Shown here in pieces: positions 42,422 to 54,328 of a stretch of DNA of 64,000 nucleotides. Position numbers and translations under genes: made by a program. The stretch lies in the sequence record PP410321; one strand, 5' to 3'. This stretch comes from Escherichia phage vB_EcoM_CUA3. Position 1 is the first letter of the stretch; each line of letters begins with the position of its first letter. A model generated the notes under the pieces. It did no database searches. It was given only the letters and a program-made list of their open reading frames with translations, and had not been told where the DNA came from.

Positions 42422-42909
42422 TTGGTAATAATCTCGATGATGTCATCACGCGACAGGGAGTTGATAAGAACCGTTTTAGGGTTTTCACACTGGATTTTAT
42501 ACGTTTCAAACATCACGCACAATTCTTCAGCGGTATGGTAAGGGCTGGAAATGCCAAGGCGATTAAACTTGTCGCTTAATGGGTCGCAAATCAAATAGAA
42601 AGTGATTCCTGCGATTTTAACATTAGGCTGACTGATATTAATGAACACCTCGGCATCATACTTAGAAAGGTTGTTTTGGAGAAACTCTACCATAGAGTTA
42701 ACTGCTTCAGGCATGGCCTCGCGCTTTTCTTCTGCATAGCGGGTAGAGTATTCTTTTTGCTTGATTTTCTTTTTAGCATTTTTGGCTAAAGTAACACGAA
42801 GATCGGTTAGGTAACCTACTGCACGAGAACCTTTAAAAACTTGGATACCGTCGGTAGAGTCACCAAAAGCTTTAACAACCATTTCGTTAGTAATCATTTG
42901 CATATTCAT
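42409..42909 (-). CDS. alc: Alc, inhibitor of host transcription
   Basis: 166-aa ORF (T4 Alc 167 aa) between pseT.3 and rnlA; early promoter and GAGGAG SD upstream. Confidence 0.8.
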   Translation of the reverse strand: MNMQMITNEMVVKAFGDSTDGIQVFKGSRAVGYLTDLRVTLAKNAKKKIKQKEYSTRYAEEKREAMPEAVNSMVEFLQNNLSKYDAEVFINISQPNVKIAGITFYLICDPLSDKFNRLGISSPYHTAEELCVMFETYKIQCENPKTVLINSLSRDDIIEIITKCLN

Positions 42910-42939
42910 TTTGTTTTCTCCTCATTAGTTGGTAGGTCT

Positions 42940-42968
42940 ATACTAACACATCATGAGGAGATGTAAAC
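42940..42968 (-). promoter_or_regulatory. early promoter for alc
   Basis: Minus strand reads GTTTAC, 17 bp, TAGTAT, then the conserved leader AGACCTACCAACTAATGAGGAG...ATG. Confidence 0.6.
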
Positions 42969-44116
42969 TACTCTATCACAATTTCTTTCAAATATTTTTC
43001 AGGGATTTGGGCCTTATGATTTTTCAAGAACACAGAGTTAATCTGGTCTACGACCGTATCATAATTAATACCGCCTACGTACGCCTGCATAAGAATAGAG
43101 AACAGCCCTGGGAAGTCTTTGAGGATTAACTGACCTGTAACAGCGTAGTCCTTACGGTCACGACCCTTGAGCTGAGAATATGCTGCTTCTAACAAAGCCA
43201 ATGACTGTTCTAAGTAGTCTAAATGGATACGTTCAAATGCGTTGATTTTCTCAATAGCAAACGAATCTGTGCTGAACAAACCTCGGAGGTCATCAGTTCC
43301 GCCAGCCACTACAACTTCAAACAAACGCTCGTTATTGTTAATGGAATCTTTGGTATGATGTAGTGCGCTATACCAAGCGGTTTTGAGTTTAAAGAAAGTG
43401 CCATCTTTAAGTACAAAGATAAAGCCTTCAATACCCTCTTGTTTGCGAATGTTGTCAACAAAATCGCCTTCAGAGAGTTCGTAGCTTTTAACCAAATGCT
43501 TACGCAGGGCGCCATCTTTAAACAGTTCAGAGTAAGGGATATACTCACCCGTTTCGTTATTACGAACGTTCAGTAAGATAAGGTTTGTTTCTTGGTAAGC
43601 CAGCACAATACGGTTAGTAGGCGAAACATACTCGAGGTTGCATGTATACCCGGCTTTGGTGATTTCTTCTAAACGGGCCGCGAAGGCTTCGTTTTCAGGG
43701 AGACGAAGGAAACGTAAGGAATCATGCACCATCGACGAATGGATAGAGCCTTTAGATTTAACGGAAAGATATTGTCTGTCCATGAAGGTAGAAATCAAGG
43801 AACCATCTTCCTTAGCCATTACGAGGTCGATATTTTCTTTTGATAAATCCAAACCGATAGTCAATGGGTTTTCATCGAGATTAAAGAACTTTTGCATAGG
43901 ACGAGCAGCGATACGTACAGGACCGTTCTCGTCCATCTCAAACATAATGCCTCGACACTCTAGCGCGCCGTCTTCCAACCAATCACTGTACGATGCATAG
44001 TTATAACTAAAGATGCGATAGTTGACTCCTAGCGCACTCTGGAAGTCTTTAAAGAAGAACTTAGATTTAGTTGAGTTTTTAACCAAAGCCATCAAGTTAT
44101 CATATAATTCAATCAT
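42968..44116 (-). CDS. rnlA: RNA ligase 1 (Rnl1)
   Basis: 382-aa ORF; YRIFSYNYASYSDWL...ALECRGIMFE...KEDGSL (motif I KxDG) recalled from T4 Rnl1. Confidence 0.95.
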   Translation of the reverse strand: MIELYDNLMALVKNSTKSKFFFKDFQSALGVNYRIFSYNYASYSDWLEDGALECRGIMFEMDENGPVRIAARPMQKFFNLDENPLTIGLDLSKENIDLVMAKEDGSLISTFMDRQYLSVKSKGSIHSSMVHDSLRFLRLPENEAFAARLEEITKAGYTCNLEYVSPTNRIVLAYQETNLILLNVRNNETGEYIPYSELFKDGALRKHLVKSYELSEGDFVDNIRKQEGIEGFIFVLKDGTFFKLKTAWYSALHHTKDSINNNERLFEVVVAGGTDDLRGLFSTDSFAIEKINAFERIHLDYLEQSLALLEAAYSQLKGRDRKDYAVTGQLILKDFPGLFSILMQAYVGGINYDTVVDQINSVFLKNHKAQIPEKYLKEIVIE

Positions 44117-44526
44117 TGCTTTATCCTATGTTGGGTATTCCAAGGTGGATTAAATTTCTTTATGAACATTGGCTCTTCAAGAGACATGGTCTCAACTGAC
44201 ATAGTTCCAAGTTCGTTAGTCATCGACAGATTAAAGCACTGTCTAGCATAGAACTCTACCTTTTTACCTGCCATTAACGCTTCATGAATCAGAATGGACT
44301 TGGTCGAATCCGACGTTTGGTCCTTACGATTAATAGCGGTTCGGTAGTAGTTGATGCGTTTACGAAGATTTTTGGTCTTCCCGATGTAGACTAGTATATC
44401 ATCAACCGCTATAGCATATATGACATTTTGTTTATTTGGAACCGTGATAGGGGCTATAGTAGCATCTGTTTGGAGCTCCAGTGTAACGTACTTGATAAAG
44501 CTAAATTCATCTGCGATTTCTTTCAT
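44113..44526 (-). CDS. denA: endonuclease II (GIY-YIG family)
   Basis: 137 aa from ATG 44524-44526; GIY-YIG-like VIYAIAVDDILVYIGKTKNLRKRINYY; the ORF track start lies inside the upstream hairpin and is rejected. Confidence 0.85.
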   Translation of the reverse strand: MKEIADEFSFIKYVTLELQTDATIAPITVPNKQNVIYAIAVDDILVYIGKTKNLRKRINYYRTAINRKDQTSDSTKSILIHEALMAGKKVEFYARQCFNLSMTNELGTMSVETMSLEEPMFIKKFNPPWNTQHRIKQ

Positions 44527-44534
44527 AGCAATAA

Positions 44535-44548
44535 GGGGCCGAAGCCCC
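44535..44548 (-). terminator. stem-loop between nrdB and denA
   Basis: GGGGC-TTCG-GCCCC hairpin (minus-strand sense) immediately after the nrdB stop. Confidence 0.5.
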
Positions 44549-44553
44549 ATTCC

Positions 44554-45693
44554 TTAAAAATATTTCTTGTATGACGCCATTACTTTTTCATCGACATCAT
44601 TATCAATTTGTGCTACAAGGTAAGAACTGATTTCCACTTCCTGAGGGGCAGCCTGTACAGAATCAGAGTTCAGGTATTCGCGAATCCAAGGGTAAGGATG
44701 GCGAGTAGGGGCATCAGTAATAGGACATGGTAAGCCACATTGCTTCATACGAGAAACTGTCAGGTAATCGACAAAAGCACCCATGTTCTGAGTATTTAAT
44801 CCAGGGCAAGTACCATCTTTGAACAGGTGAGCGGCCCATTCTTTTTCTTGACGGTTAACTTCCATGAAAATATCAACTGCTTCTTGTTCGCATTCTTGAG
44901 CAATTTTAACCCATTCATCGCCATCAGTACCAAGTTGGAGTTGACGAATAATGTACTGAGTACCTTTAAGGTGAAGCTGTTCATCACGTGCAATGAACTT
45001 CATAATCTTAGCATTGCCTTCCATGATTTCCATGTTCTTATGGAAGTTAAAGGTGCATGCGAAAGATACATAAAAGCGAATAGCTTCCAATGCGTTGATT
45101 ACGTGCAGGCAAAGGTAAAGAGAACGCATTAGTTCGTATTTGGCAGTTTTAACACCTTCACTGAACTCATGGTATTCTTCTAAAGCATTTTGGTATTTAC
45201 GGGTTTTCTCAATAACATCATCATAATAGCGACCAATAGATTCAGCACGTTTCATGATAGCATCATCTAACAGAATTTCATCAAATACTTTAGATGGGTC
45301 TGTATAGAGGTTACGCATGATATGGGTATATGAACGAGAGTGAATAGTCTCACTAAAGGTCCATGTAGCCACCCATGTATCAAGGCTAGGGTCCGAAATC
45401 AAGGCTTGAAGTGCAGCAGAAGGAGCACGCCCTTGGATACTGTCCAGAAGTGATTGATACTTCAGATTATTGGTAAAAATATTTTGTTGGAACTCTGGGA
45501 GCTTATTAAACTGGGCTGCATCCATCATCAAGTTAACTTCTTCAGGACGCCAGAAAAAACTCAACTGCTTTTCACAAAGCTCTTCGAATACTTTATGACG
45601 TTGGATATCGTAACGAGCAATACCCAATCCTGAACCAAAGAACATCGGTTCGACTAAAACATCAACTGGGGTAGTATTAAAAACTGTAGACAT
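44554..45693 (-). CDS. nrdB: ribonucleotide reductase small subunit
   Basis: Start at MSTVFNTTPVDVL... recalled as the T4 NrdB N-terminus; continuous ORF with no intron interruption. Confidence 0.95.
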   Translation of the reverse strand: MSTVFNTTPVDVLVEPMFFGSGLGIARYDIQRHKVFEELCEKQLSFFWRPEEVNLMMDAAQFNKLPEFQQNIFTNNLKYQSLLDSIQGRAPSAALQALISDPSLDTWVATWTFSETIHSRSYTHIMRNLYTDPSKVFDEILLDDAIMKRAESIGRYYDDVIEKTRKYQNALEEYHEFSEGVKTAKYELMRSLYLCLHVINALEAIRFYVSFACTFNFHKNMEIMEGNAKIMKFIARDEQLHLKGTQYIIRQLQLGTDGDEWVKIAQECEQEAVDIFMEVNRQEKEWAAHLFKDGTCPGLNTQNMGAFVDYLTVSRMKQCGLPCPITDAPTRHPYPWIREYLNSDSVQAAPQEVEISSYLVAQIDNDVDEKVMASYKKYF

Positions 45694-45746
45694 ATTATTC
45701 TCAATTGTTAGTGACTCATCCATGAGTCAATTATAATCAGATTTTA

Positions 45747-48002
45747 TTAAAGCTTACAAGCTGCGCAATCGTCGGCTTTAGGAGTTTCGATTTCGTAATC
45801 GTCAGTACCAGAGCCATCACGGGTGTTATGATAATAAAGGTTCTTACCACCGTAGTACCAGAAATACAGAAGGTCATCAAGCATTACAGACATCGGAACT
45901 TTTCCTTTTGGAAAAATTTGTGGGTCGTAATATGTATTTGCTGATGCCGATTGACACACCCATTTCAACGCTATCGCCACTTGGGTAAGATAAGGTTTAT
46001 TACCTTTCTTAGCGAGGGTCCAAGCGTAATCATAAAGGCCTTGGTTATATTCTACATTAGGAACTACCTGACGGAAGTTACCTTCTTTAGATTCTTTAAT
46101 ACTTACCGGACCACGCGGAGGTTCGATACCGTTTGTAGAGTTGGAAACCTGGCTGCTTGATTCACATGGCATAAGTGCTGATAATGTGCTATTACGGATG
46201 CCATGTTTAGCCAAGTCTTCCCGCAACGTCGCCCAGTCACAAACATAGTTAGGGGCTGCGATTTGGTCAATCTTTTTATTGTACCAGTCGATAGGAAGCT
46301 CGCCTCGAGACCATTTAGTGTCTGAATAATACTCGCAAGGTCCTTTTTCTTCGGCCAACTTGATTGATGCTCGGATAAGTCCATATTGTAATCTCTCAAA
46401 CAGTTCATGAGTTAAATCGTTTGCGTCTTCATAAGAAGCAAAGTTTGAAGCCAACCATGCAGCGTAGTTAGTAACACCAACACCCAAGTTACGACGTTTC
46501 TTAGCCTTCAGAGCTTCAGGAACAGGATAATCTTGGTAGTCTAACAAGTTATCAAGTGCACGTACCTGGACTTCAGCGAGTTCGTTGATTTTGTCTTGGT
46601 CTTGCCAATCAAAGTTATCCAACACGAATGCAGACAAAGTACACAATCCGATTTCAGCGTCCGGACTATTCACGTCAGTAGTTGGGATAGCAATTTCACA
46701 ACACAAGTTGCTCTGGCGAATAGGAGCTTTCTCACGAATAAATGGTGTGAAGTTGTTAGTGTTATCAACGAACTGTGGATAAATTCGTGCAGTGCCTGAA
46801 CGTTCGGTCATGAACAATTCGAAGAGGTCGCGTGCTTTAATACGTTTCTTACGAATACTAGGGTCTTTTTCAGCCGCTTCATACAATTCACGGAAACGTT
46901 CTTGGTCTTCGAAATAAGAATAATAAAGCTCACCACCCATTTCATGAGGACTGAACAACGTGATGTAATCATTCTTACCGAAACGTTCCATCATAAGGTC
47001 GTTCAACTGGATTCCGTAGTCCATATGACGAATACGGTTCTCATCGACGCCTTTGTTATTTTTCAGAACGAGCAGATTTTCAACTTCCAAATGCCAAATA
47101 GGATAATAAGCAGTAGCAGCGCCGCCACGGATTCCACCTTGTGAACATGATTTAACAGCAGTCTGGAAATGCTTCCAGAATGGAATAACACCGGTATGTT
47201 TGACTTCACCCATGCCAATACGAGAACCTTCAGCACGAATCATACCAACGTTGATACCAATACCTGCACGTTTAGAAATGTATTCAATTATTGAGTTCGC
47301 AGTTTTGTTAATAGATTTCAGCGAGTCACCTGCTTCAATAACAACACAAGAACTAAATTGACGGGTTGGAGTACGTGCTCCGGCCATAATAGGAGTAGGC
47401 AACGAAACCTGACGAGTACTTACAGCGTCATAAAAACGAATAATATGTGCTAAACGGTTACCTGGCTCGTCTTGGTGTAAGGCCATACCAATACACATGA
47501 TAGCGAACTGAGGAGTTTCATAGATTTTACCGGTTGTTTTATCTTTAACCAGATATTTCTCTTTCAGCTGCATTGCACCAGCATAGGTTAATTCGAAATC
47601 GCGTTCATGCTTGATATGAGATTCTAAGAAAGTAATTTCTTCTGCAGAATATCGAGACAGCAATTCAGGGTCATATTTACCTTCGTTAACACAATAGGAA
47701 ATATGGTCAATAAAACTACGCGGTTCAAACTGGCCGTAAACTTCTTTACGCAGTGCAAACATCAATTGCTTTGCAGCAACATACTGATAGTCAGGCTCTT
47801 CAACCGAGATAAGGTTGGCTGCTACCTTAACAGTCAGATTTTGGATATCTTTGGTAGTCATACCATCACGAAGGTGGGTTTTGATTTCTTCATATAATTC
47901 ATAGGGGTCGATTTGGGTTCCTTCACAACCCCAAGTCAGAACTTTAATAATTTTTTGTGCGTCAAAATCTTGGGATACACCACTACTCTTTTGTACTTGC
48001 AT
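45747..48002 (-). CDS. nrdA: ribonucleotide reductase large subunit
   Basis: 751-aa ORF (T4 NrdA 754 aa) with class I RNR active-site region (NLCCEI...) and C-terminal Cys pair. Confidence 0.96.
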   Translation of the reverse strand: MQVQKSSGVSQDFDAQKIIKVLTWGCEGTQIDPYELYEEIKTHLRDGMTTKDIQNLTVKVAANLISVEEPDYQYVAAKQLMFALRKEVYGQFEPRSFIDHISYCVNEGKYDPELLSRYSAEEITFLESHIKHERDFELTYAGAMQLKEKYLVKDKTTGKIYETPQFAIMCIGMALHQDEPGNRLAHIIRFYDAVSTRQVSLPTPIMAGARTPTRQFSSCVVIEAGDSLKSINKTANSIIEYISKRAGIGINVGMIRAEGSRIGMGEVKHTGVIPFWKHFQTAVKSCSQGGIRGGAATAYYPIWHLEVENLLVLKNNKGVDENRIRHMDYGIQLNDLMMERFGKNDYITLFSPHEMGGELYYSYFEDQERFRELYEAAEKDPSIRKKRIKARDLFELFMTERSGTARIYPQFVDNTNNFTPFIREKAPIRQSNLCCEIAIPTTDVNSPDAEIGLCTLSAFVLDNFDWQDQDKINELAEVQVRALDNLLDYQDYPVPEALKAKKRRNLGVGVTNYAAWLASNFASYEDANDLTHELFERLQYGLIRASIKLAEEKGPCEYYSDTKWSRGELPIDWYNKKIDQIAAPNYVCDWATLREDLAKHGIRNSTLSALMPCESSSQVSNSTNGIEPPRGPVSIKESKEGNFRQVVPNVEYNQGLYDYAWTLAKKGNKPYLTQVAIALKWVCQSASANTYYDPQIFPKGKVPMSVMLDDLLYFWYYGGKNLYYHNTRDGSGTDDYEIETPKADDCAACKL

Positions 48003-48423
48003 AATTTCCTCAATATGTTAGGTTCTACATCTATAATAACATAGAACCTGTTAAGCATGGACTGATATTTATAGNNNNNNNNNNNNNNNNNNNNNNNNNN
48101 NNNNNNNNNNNNNNNNNNNNNNNNNNNNNNNNNNNNNNNNNNNNNNNNNNNNNNNNNNNNNNNNNNNNNNNNNNNNNNNNNNNNNNNNNNNNNNNNNNNN
48201 NNNNNNNNNNNNNNNNNNNNNNNNNNNNNNNNNNNNNNNNNNNNNNNNNNNNNNNNNNNNNNNNNNNNNNNNNNNNNNNNNNNNNNNNNNNNNNNNNNNN
48301 NNNNNNNNNNNNNNNNNNNNNNNNNNNNNNNNNNNNNNNNNNNNNNNNNNNNNNNNNNNNNNNNNNNNNNNAAATTCAGCCCAATCATAATAACCAAAAA
48401 TAAGGTACCAGCAATTTGAATTT

Positions 48424-49280
48424 TCATACAGCCATCTTAGCCTTAATAGTAGGGTGTGATTCATAACCNNNNNNNNNNNNNNNNNNNNNNNNNNNNNNNN
48501 NNNNNNNNNNNNNNNNNNNNNNNNNNNNNNNNNNNNNNNNNNNNNNNNNNNAATTAATTTCCAGTTCACAAAGCTCTTTAGGCTCACGACGAAGAACTTC
48601 TTGGCATTGTTCAACGTGATTAGAATAGATGTGCGTATTGCCGCCTGAGAACACTAAATCGCCCGGAATAAGATTACACATCTTAGCTACAATATGCACA
48701 AGAGCGGCGTAAGAGGCGATATTAAATGGCAATCCTAAGAACACGTCAACAGAACGTTGGTACCACTGGAGGTCAAGATGTCCATTACGAACGTTGAACT
48801 GGTAAAAACAATGGCACGGTGGAAGAGCCATCCGGTTGATTTCAGCCGGGTTCCATGCGGATACGATTTGACGTCGGTCATTAGGCATCTTTTTAATACG
48901 GTTGATGATTTCTACAACCTGGTCGACACCACCAAAATCTCGCCATTGTTTCCCATATACCGGACCGAGTTCACCACTATGATAACCTAGGTCTTTGGCC
49001 TGATTTTCATAGTTCTCGTCCCAAATAGTTTTGCCATCAATTAATGAACCGTGAGTACGGAAACGAAGGTCATTAACGTTAGTTGAACCCGAAAGGAACC
49101 AAAGGAGTTCAGCAATACAGGCTTTCCATGCTAATTTTTTAGTTGTTACCGCAGGAAAGCCTTTAGTTAAATCAAAACGTAATTTAGTACCGAACAGTGC
49201 AATTGTACCAGTGCCGGTACGGTCGTCGGTTTCGTAGCCATTTTCCAGGATATCTTTAATTAAAAATTGGTATTGTTTCA

Positions 49281-49281
<1 letters not shown>
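48424..49281 (-). CDS. td: thymidylate synthase
   Basis: 286 aa from MKQYQ...; TS catalytic motif ALPPCHCFYQF; a short 83-nt masked stretch lies inside, but the frame is preserved, so no intron. Confidence 0.95.
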
Positions 49282-50898
<1,617 letters not shown>

Positions 50899-50924
50899 TT
50901 TATTCTCCTCAAGTTGATAAGGCT

Positions 50925-50954
50925 ATAGTATCACTACCATAGCCTTAGGTAAAC
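50925..50954 (-). promoter_or_regulatory. early promoter
   Basis: Minus strand reads GTTTAC, 18 bp, TACTAT, then TAGCCTTATCAACTTGAGGAG...ATG. Confidence 0.55.
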
Positions 50955-50956
50955 AC

Positions 50957-51184
50957 TTATTTTTGAATTAAGCCCATATAAAATTCAGCGTCTTCAGCAT
51001 GCATACCATCGCAATATTCATCAGCCATAAAGCGGGTAAGGTCTTCAAGAGGACCTTGAACTTCAATTTGCATACTAAAGAATTGTGTGTCTTTGATATA
51101 AGTCATAGTCAAAGAAGGATAACGATTACGGATAACTTCGTAAGTGTATTCAAAATCAACGATATCGATATTAACCTTAGCCAT
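50957..51184 (-). CDS. hypothetical protein (frd.3 position)
   Basis: Start at MAKVNIDIV... with GAGGAAAATAAAATG SD; the ORF track start is 6 codons upstream. Confidence 0.55.
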   Translation of the reverse strand: MAKVNIDIVDFEYTYEVIRNRYPSLTMTYIKDTQFFSMQIEVQGPLEDLTRFMADEYCDGMHAEDAEFYMGLIQK

Positions 51185-51216
51185 TTTATTTTCCTCACTC
51201 ATTAGTTGATAGGTCT

Positions 51217-51245
51217 ATAGTATCATGCCTATAGACCTTGTAAAC
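51217..51245 (-). promoter_or_regulatory. early promoter
   Basis: Minus strand reads GTTTAC, 17 bp, TACTAT, then TAGACCTATCAACTAATGAGTGAGGA...ATG. Confidence 0.6.
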
Positions 51246-51247
51246 AC

Positions 51248-51508
51248 TTATTTTTGAATTTTATCGAGCCACTTACCGAGTTTAATCATTTCCTTAGTGG
51301 CTTTTTCCATACTTCTGAATTTAACCAGTAAAGGTTGGGCATCAACACCCATAACCAAAGTGGTTACAAGACTATGTTCACCTACAAGCCATAACGAATA
51401 CGTTTGAATATCGAGCCCGTAATTTCGGTCTTTATGGACCCGTACACCCATTACTTCAAATTTCTCACTGGCTTTTTCTACTGCATCCAGGAAATCATCT
51501 TTGGTCAT
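51248..51508 (-). CDS. hypothetical protein
   Basis: Start placed at the internal ATG (MTKDDFL...); stop adjacent to the early promoter. Confidence 0.5.
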   Translation of the reverse strand: MTKDDFLDAVEKASEKFEVMGVRVHKDRNYGLDIQTYSLWLVGEHSLVTTLVMGVDAQPLLVKFRSMEKATKEMIKLGKWLDKIQK

Positions 51509-51509
51509 A

Positions 51510-51893
51510 TTAGGCCTTAAAAGTTTTTTGCAAAAGTTCAATGATTTGGTCGACGTTCTGTTCAGTGACAATGCAATGGATTTGGGTCACGCCAGCCTTA
51601 GTAACAGGTTCGTCAACTTCATCTTGTTCGACGTATTCACGGAAGCAATAGAACTCATCTTCATGCAATTCAAAATATTCCTCTAGTGTCCCGTCTGAAC
51701 TAAAAACCTCACCATTCGCACATTTGATTTTAGTTACAAATTCGTCCCCATCCGAGGTCATAACGTCCTTTACTTCAAACCAGCCACCGTTTTCTTGGAT
51801 AATATCGACCATATCATTATTATTGATAGGGCTGATATTGATAAAAGATTTGATACGCTCAGGACGAAGTTCGTATTTTTTACCGATTTCCAT
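51510..51893 (-). CDS. hypothetical protein, paralog A of a tandem pair
   Basis: MEIGKKYEL... begins like the upstream paralog MEIGKFYVL...; both share the EYFEL motif and similar length. Confidence 0.6.
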   Translation of the reverse strand: MEIGKKYELRPERIKSFINISPINNNDMVDIIQENGGWFEVKDVMTSDGDEFVTKIKCANGEVFSSDGTLEEYFELHEDEFYCFREYVEQDEVDEPVTKAGVTQIHCIVTEQNVDQIIELLQKTFKA

Positions 51894-51897
51894 TTTT

Positions 51898-52269
51898 TTA
51901 AATTCCAAAGGTAGATTTAATCAAGGCAACAACTTCTGCCGCATTTTTGTGATTTACCTGTACATTGATAGTTTGGATATCAACAGCAGGAGCATCGCCA
52001 TCAACTTCCAGGAAGTGGCAGAATTCCCATTCACCAAGTTCAAAGTACTCATCAACATCACCCATACTATTCAGGATGGTGCCATCTTTCATTTCAACTT
52101 TTTCAACAAAATAATCGCCATCAATATAGCACATATCCAGGACTTTGAAGGAATTACCATGTTGTTCCATCNATCNNNNNATNCGCGNNNNNNAATTGTC
52201 ATCAGGACTACCAGCGATGAATTGTTTTTTGGCAGCAGGGTCTAATACGTAAAATTTACCGATTTCCAT
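51898..52269 (-). CDS. hypothetical protein, paralog B of a tandem pair
   Basis: 123-aa ORF (contains ambiguous bases) with SD GAGGAAATAAAAATG and an early promoter upstream. Confidence 0.6.
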   Translation of the reverse strand: MEIGKFYVLDPAAKKQFIAGSPDDNXXXXXXXXMEQHGNSFKVLDMCYIDGDYFVEKVEMKDGTILNSMGDVDEYFELGEWEFCHFLEVDGDAPAVDIQTINVQVNHKNAAEVVALIKSTFGI

Positions 52270-52298
52270 TTTTATTTCCTCATGTAGTTGATAGGTCT

Positions 52299-52327
52299 AT
52301 AGTATCATGTTTAAAGGCATTGTAAAC
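52299..52327 (-). promoter_or_regulatory. early promoter
   Basis: Minus strand reads GTTTAC, 17 bp, TACTAT, then TAGACCTATCAACTACATGAGGA...ATG. Confidence 0.6.
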
Positions 52328-52343
52328 CATTAAATGCCAAAAA

Positions 52344-52363
52344 GGGAAGACCGAAGTCTTCCC
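52344..52363 (-). terminator. rho-independent terminator after gene 32
   Basis: GGGAAGAC-TTCG-GTCTTCCC hairpin followed on the minus strand by CTTTTTGGC. Confidence 0.75.
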
Positions 52364-52379
52364 ATTATAAATCAATAAC

Positions 52380-53285
52380 TTATAGACCAGCTAACAGGTC
52401 GTCCAGACCATCGTCATCAGAAGGACTTACTGATGGTTCAGGAGTAGTGGAACGGGTCGGTGTAGACGGTTTGGAATCATATGCATCAAGGTCTGCACTG
52501 AATGCGTCCAGGTCATCACCAATCTTATCAGCAGCTGCAGAAGCTTTAGCGGCAGCACCACCAAGAGCAGCAGTACCAACAACTTTCTTAAACTTGGCTT
52601 CGTTAGTTTCAAAGGATTTGAACTCGAGCAGTTTAGAAAGGTCGTGCATTTCTTCCATCAATTTAGCTTGGTAAGCTTCATCATTGATGTTAGGAATTTC
52701 AGACTGACCCATGAATTTGGAATCGTCGTAGTTTTTGAAGTCACCAACTTTCTTAGATTTCAGTACGAAGTTAGCACCATCAAACGGACATGTTACGTCA
52801 ACCGGCACTTCACCAATATCGGTATCAACTTCAACCATCTGGTTGATTTTATCCATAATTTTCTGACCGAAACGGAATTTAAACACTTTACCTTCGTTAG
52901 CAGGCACTGCACTATCCTTAATAACAAGGATGTTAGCCCAGAAGGAAGTTTTACGTTTCATCAGTTTGTATTCGGCGTTATTGGTATTATAGGTATCGTT
53001 CTGGTTCATGTATTTACATACAGGACAAGAATCGAAATCACCGTGAGTAGACGTACAGTTTTCAATGTACCATTGACCATTTTTCTTAAAGCCGTGGTTA
53101 ACGAGCTTAACGAATGGAGATGGATTTTCTTCGTTTTTCGAAGGTAGGAAACGAATTACCGCAGTACCAACACCATTGTCGTCTTTCAATTTCCATTCAG
53201 CTTTATCATCGGAAGAGAAAGAAGAGCCACCTTTCATTGCAGACAGTTGAGCAGCCAGTTGGGAAGGGTCTTTACGTTTGAACAT
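52380..53285 (-). CDS. 32: single-stranded DNA-binding protein gp32
   Basis: 301-aa ORF (T4 gp32 301 aa); MFKRK...AVIRFLPSK...[14 protein letters not shown], Zn-binding Cys/His region and acidic C-terminal tail recalled from T4 gp32. Confidence 0.97.
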   Translation of the reverse strand: MFKRKDPSQLAAQLSAMKGGSSFSSDDKAEWKLKDDNGVGTAVIRFLPSKNEENPSPFVKLVNHGFKKNGQWYIENCTSTHGDFDSCPVCKYMNQNDTYNTNNAEYKLMKRKTSFWANILVIKDSAVPANEGKVFKFRFGQKIMDKINQMVEVDTDIGEVPVDVTCPFDGANFVLKSKKVGDFKNYDDSKFMGQSEIPNINDEAYQAKLMEEMHDLSKLLEFKSFETNEAKFKKVVGTAALGGAAAKASAAADKIGDDLDAFSADLDAYDSKPSTPTRSTTPEPSVSPSDDDGLDDLLAGL

Positions 53286-53340
53286 ATTATTTACCTTAGC
53301 AGATTTTAGCAGTTGTATTTTATTAACAGTTTTTAACAGA
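53286..53340 (-). promoter_or_regulatory. gene 32 mRNA leader, candidate autoregulatory translational operator
   Basis: A/U-rich leader with reiterated UAAA/UUAAA-like elements; T4 gp32 is known to repress its own translation through such a leader. Confidence 0.4.
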
Positions 53341-53350
53341 TTAAGTTAGT

Positions 53351-53375
53351 ATATTAACACATTTGATATGAAGCA
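53351..53375 (-). promoter_or_regulatory. candidate MotA-dependent middle promoter for gene 32
   Basis: Minus strand reads aaTGCTTCA (MotA box), 12 bp, TAATAT. Confidence 0.4.
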
Positions 53376-54029
53376 TTAAAACTTACAAGATTTGATAGTT
53401 TCAATGAACAATTTACGAGCTTCTAAATTATCGATTATAAGAATTTTCTTATAAGCATTTAATTTAGTCGAATACTTAGACCACACTAAATCGTTGGTCT
53501 GTTCATCATGTTTATTTATTATATCCATAAATGAATCAAGCAAAATAAACGTTTCGAACGAAATAACATTCGATTGAAGGAGCTTAAAAATATAGCTCGA
53601 GTTAACTTTTTTATTATAATCAAAAATTTCAGAAAGCGCTTGAACTTCCACTTTCTTACTGAAATAATAGATGTTTTTGATATCATCCTCAAAAACTTGT
53701 TTTATTCTTTTAAGTCTACCGATATATTCTCGGTAAAAGACTAAGGCGTCAGCATCACTGATGTCGCCAATCCATGCGTCTTGGTTAGCCACCAAGTTAC
53801 TCATGAAGATAAGAGCAAGCTCTTTCAAAGTGTATTTATCACTCAATTTCTCGAAGAAATATTTGTCACGACGTTTTTGGTAAGCCGTATCAGAGATTCG
53901 CATGACCCAGTTGTATTTGATAACGTCGTATTTGGCGTTGAAGTGATGTTTGAGCATTAAGTATAGTGAATATACGCTCTTACCATTCACCATACGGTTA
54001 TTGTTTGGTGGCATGCGAATCTTAATCAT
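53376..54029 (-). CDS. 59: helicase loader gp59
   Basis: 217-aa ORF, same length as T4 gp59; N-terminus and LALIF.SNLVANQDAWIGDISDADALVFYREYIGRLK block recalled as near-identical. Confidence 0.95.
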   Translation of the reverse strand: MIKIRMPPNNNRMVNGKSVYSLYLMLKHHFNAKYDVIKYNWVMRISDTAYQKRRDKYFFEKLSDKYTLKELALIFMSNLVANQDAWIGDISDADALVFYREYIGRLKRIKQVFEDDIKNIYYFSKKVEVQALSEIFDYNKKVNSSYIFKLLQSNVISFETFILLDSFMDIINKHDEQTNDLVWSKYSTKLNAYKKILIIDNLEARKLFIETIKSCKF

Positions 54030-54328
54030 AACAAGAAATCCAGGGTATTAGTTTTTTGCGTTCGTGCCATTGAAGGACGAAGCAAGTTATCATCAATGGC
54101 CTCGTTCATAATTTTATCAATAATTCCTGCAGGCAAATAACGAGCAAAGTTACCTTCAGGGATGCTGTTCTCTTCCAACCATGCGGTAGCCGCTTCGAGA
54201 TAGCTACATCCTTCAGCCTCAACAAAGGCCTCAATATCAAGGCCGTTCTGTTGTTTATTTACCAATACATGGACAGGTTCAGAAGCGGTATTAACCGCTC
54301 CATCAAAATCATTCAAAGATTGTGTCAT
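54026..54328 (-). CDS. 33: late transcription co-activator gp33
   Basis: 100-aa ORF between 59 and dsbA; acidic, with C-terminal ...TLDFLL as I recall for T4 gp33. Confidence 0.85.
   Translation of the reverse strand: MTQSLNDFDGAVNTASEPVHVLVNKQQNGLDIEAFVEAEGCSYLEAATAWLEENSIPEGNFARYLPAGIIDKIMNEAIDDNLLRPSMARTQKTNTLDFLL

Noticed and set aside
44533-44550. ORF-track start MGLRPLIA for denA
   Set aside because: Those codons form a GGGGC-TTCG-GCCCC hairpin; the downstream ATG (MKEIADEF) gives the T4-like length
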